64,000 bases of DNA from Antedon mediterranea (lineage: Eukaryota > Animalia > Echinodermata). Under the pieces are notes generated by a model. It did not search any database. It saw only the letters and a list, made by a program, of their open reading frames with translations, and was not told the DNA's origin. This document shows positions 62,230-64,000 of this stretch, in pieces. The stretch spans positions 28,588,437 through 28,652,436 of the forward strand of contig NC_092672.1 of NCBI RefSeq assembly GCF_964355755.1, read 5' to 3'. Numbering within the stretch: position 1 is the stretch's first letter; each line of letters opens with the position of its first letter. Made by a program: the position numbers and the translations under genes.

Positions 62230-64000
62230 GTTTTCCAAGTGGCTATAGGCCTACTTTGATTGCAACTTTTTTTTTTTTGTATGCTTCCTCGGTTAATATG
62301 TACAATTGGTAGCGAATATTTAAACAATCATTTTAGTAGAAATTCACACAATCTACAGCATTTATTTCGAAAAGAGGCCCTCTCTTCAAATTGCAAAAAG
62401 CAATCTCTTTAAAAAGCCCAAGAGTCCTAAAAACGAAAGAAGATTCTGATTCCACAATGTCTTACTCTGAATGAGAATACCGCATGGAGGAGGAGCATCC
62501 TATGTTCAACATTATACCTCTGAGGATGAAGCTATAACACTACAGTCTTCAGTTTGTCGATTGCAAGAGAAAATTTTGAACTTAACTTAACTGCATGCCA
62601 TAGCACCATGGATGTTTGCCTTCGAGCATTACAATGTTCAATCTTGCACAGTATTGCATTGTATCACAATTAAATGCCAAAATATAGGGTGTAGGTGGAG
62701 CTACATTGAAATAACAGAGGATAAATTAGTTTACAAATGTGGTATGGCTGGTACTGAAGTAGCGAGAAATTAACATCCGAGTCTGAATTACCTATAGGTG
62801 ACTGTGAGTCAAAAGACACAACAACAAAGATGGTTGCCACATTAGACTACTTCGGAAATCCATTGAAGATGCAGTACAACATTGAAACAGTCAGCACCTC
62901 ATCAAATAATTTATAGAATAGAGGAGCGGTAAAACTCAGTTTAAAGGTTTTGTGACTACTCGTATCCAAATAATGCTTAGTGATGCAATACCAAAGAACA
63001 AAATAGTACCATTTATATTACTTAAAATCAAACAAAACTAAAAACAAAGCTAAAGCGTGATGTTGGAATGTTTTTAAGATTGTATATATAGCATCTCATC
63101 ATGTAGAGGGTGAACTGAAGATATTCTTTGCGCATGAGAATGACAAGATACTCTCTTCTTTGTTTCTGGATGGTCTTACACCCCCTTCTTTGTCTGTGGA
63201 TGGTCTTACACCCTTTTCTTTGTCTGTGGATGGTCTTACACCCCCCGTATTTGTCTGTAGATGCTTTTTTACCCCCTTCTTTTTCTGTGGATGGTCTTAC
63301 ATCCCCTTCTTTGTCTGTAGATGCTTTTATACCCTCTTCTTTGTCTGTGGATGGTCTTACACCACCTTCTTTGTCTGTGGATGGTCTTAATCCCCCTTCT
63401 TTGTCTGTGAATGGTCTTACACCCCTTCTTTGTCTGTGGATGGTCTTACACCCCGTTGTTTGTCTGTGGATGGTCTTACATCCCCTTCTTTGTCCGTAGA
63501 TGCTCTTATGCCCTCTTCTTTGTCTGTGGACGGTCTTATACCCCATTCTTTGTCTGTAGATTGTCTTACACTCCCTTTTTTTTATCTGTGAATGGTCTTA
63601 TACCTCCTTCTTTGTCTGTGGATGGTCTTACACCCCTTTCCTTGTCTATGGATGGTCTTACACCCGATCTTTGTCTGTGGATGGTCCACCATAAGTTAAA
63701 TATTCAATTCATGGACCAACTACTTTGATTGATTAGATCAGACATATGATTAGGAGACCAAGACCTTCAAAGTGAAAGTCCACAGGTGGATGCCTAAAAT
63801 GATCTTGTACAGAACAGACAGAAAATATCTTTACGAATTGATTTGGTTTCGATTTTGCTGAAAAATCAATGACAAACAGATGCTGAAAAACGAGGAAAAG
63901 AATTCATCTGAAAGGTTTACAGCAATGGCCCATTAACATAAAATTGGAGTACATATTTTTAGATGCAACGAAAATGAACACAAATTATCTGAGTTTCTGA
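62230..64000 (+). pseudogene. Decayed Academ-like transposase (frameshifted; continues past the window end)
   Basis: Collinear peptide remnants LHAIAPWMFAFEHYN (~62591), MAGTEVAR (~62745), FGNP, IPKNK, KLKRDVGMFLRLY/IASHHVEGELKIFFAHEN..SL..DG (63047-63175), RIDLVSD-like, KRG, NWST..RCNENEHKLSEFL. Recognised from memory of the family. Confidence 0.75.
63150..63685. repeat. ~31-bp minisatellite (ctttgtctgtggatggtcttacacccccttc), ~17 copies
   Basis: Directly visible; explains the ORFs at 63028-63728. Confidence 0.95.

Noticed and set aside
63028-63728. Several overlapping ORFs
   Set aside because: Products of the 31-bp minisatellite.

Overview
AT-rich, intron-containing animal genomic DNA, not prokaryotic. 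The abundant TAGGCCTA motif, a Deu/Nin-type SINE and the repeat landscape suggest a marine invertebrate, probably an echinoderm (inference). The window is dominated by a cluster of five intact cationic-amino-acid-transporter-family (SLC7A/CAT, APC superfamily) genes plus one pseudogene remnant: two recent tandem SLC7A4-like paralogs (+), a very divergent CAT-like gene (-), a third SLC7A4-type gene (-) and an SLC7A14-like gene (+) with a GC-AG intron. The window starts in the 3' end of a gene encoding putative tandem death-effector domains. Intergenic and intronic DNA holds L2, Rex1/Babar and RTE LINE fragments, tRNA-derived SINEs, Harbinger-, hAT- and Academ-like non-autonomous elements, Helentron-like elements, a decayed Academ transposase and several satellites. 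Most notable: (1) the paralogs differ at the TM8 substrate-specificity position (S/F/N/H/S) and one has a degenerate binding site; (2) four 24-39 bp palindromes with 7-8 bp target-site duplications, two with empty paralogous sites inside the window, look like P-element-type excision footprints; (3) a triplicated 53-nt structured motif with variable spacers in an L2 3' UTR; (4) conserved uORFs formed across a splice junction; (5) a minisatellite born from an Academ transposase coding segment. All alignments and family calls were made by eye; no database search was run.
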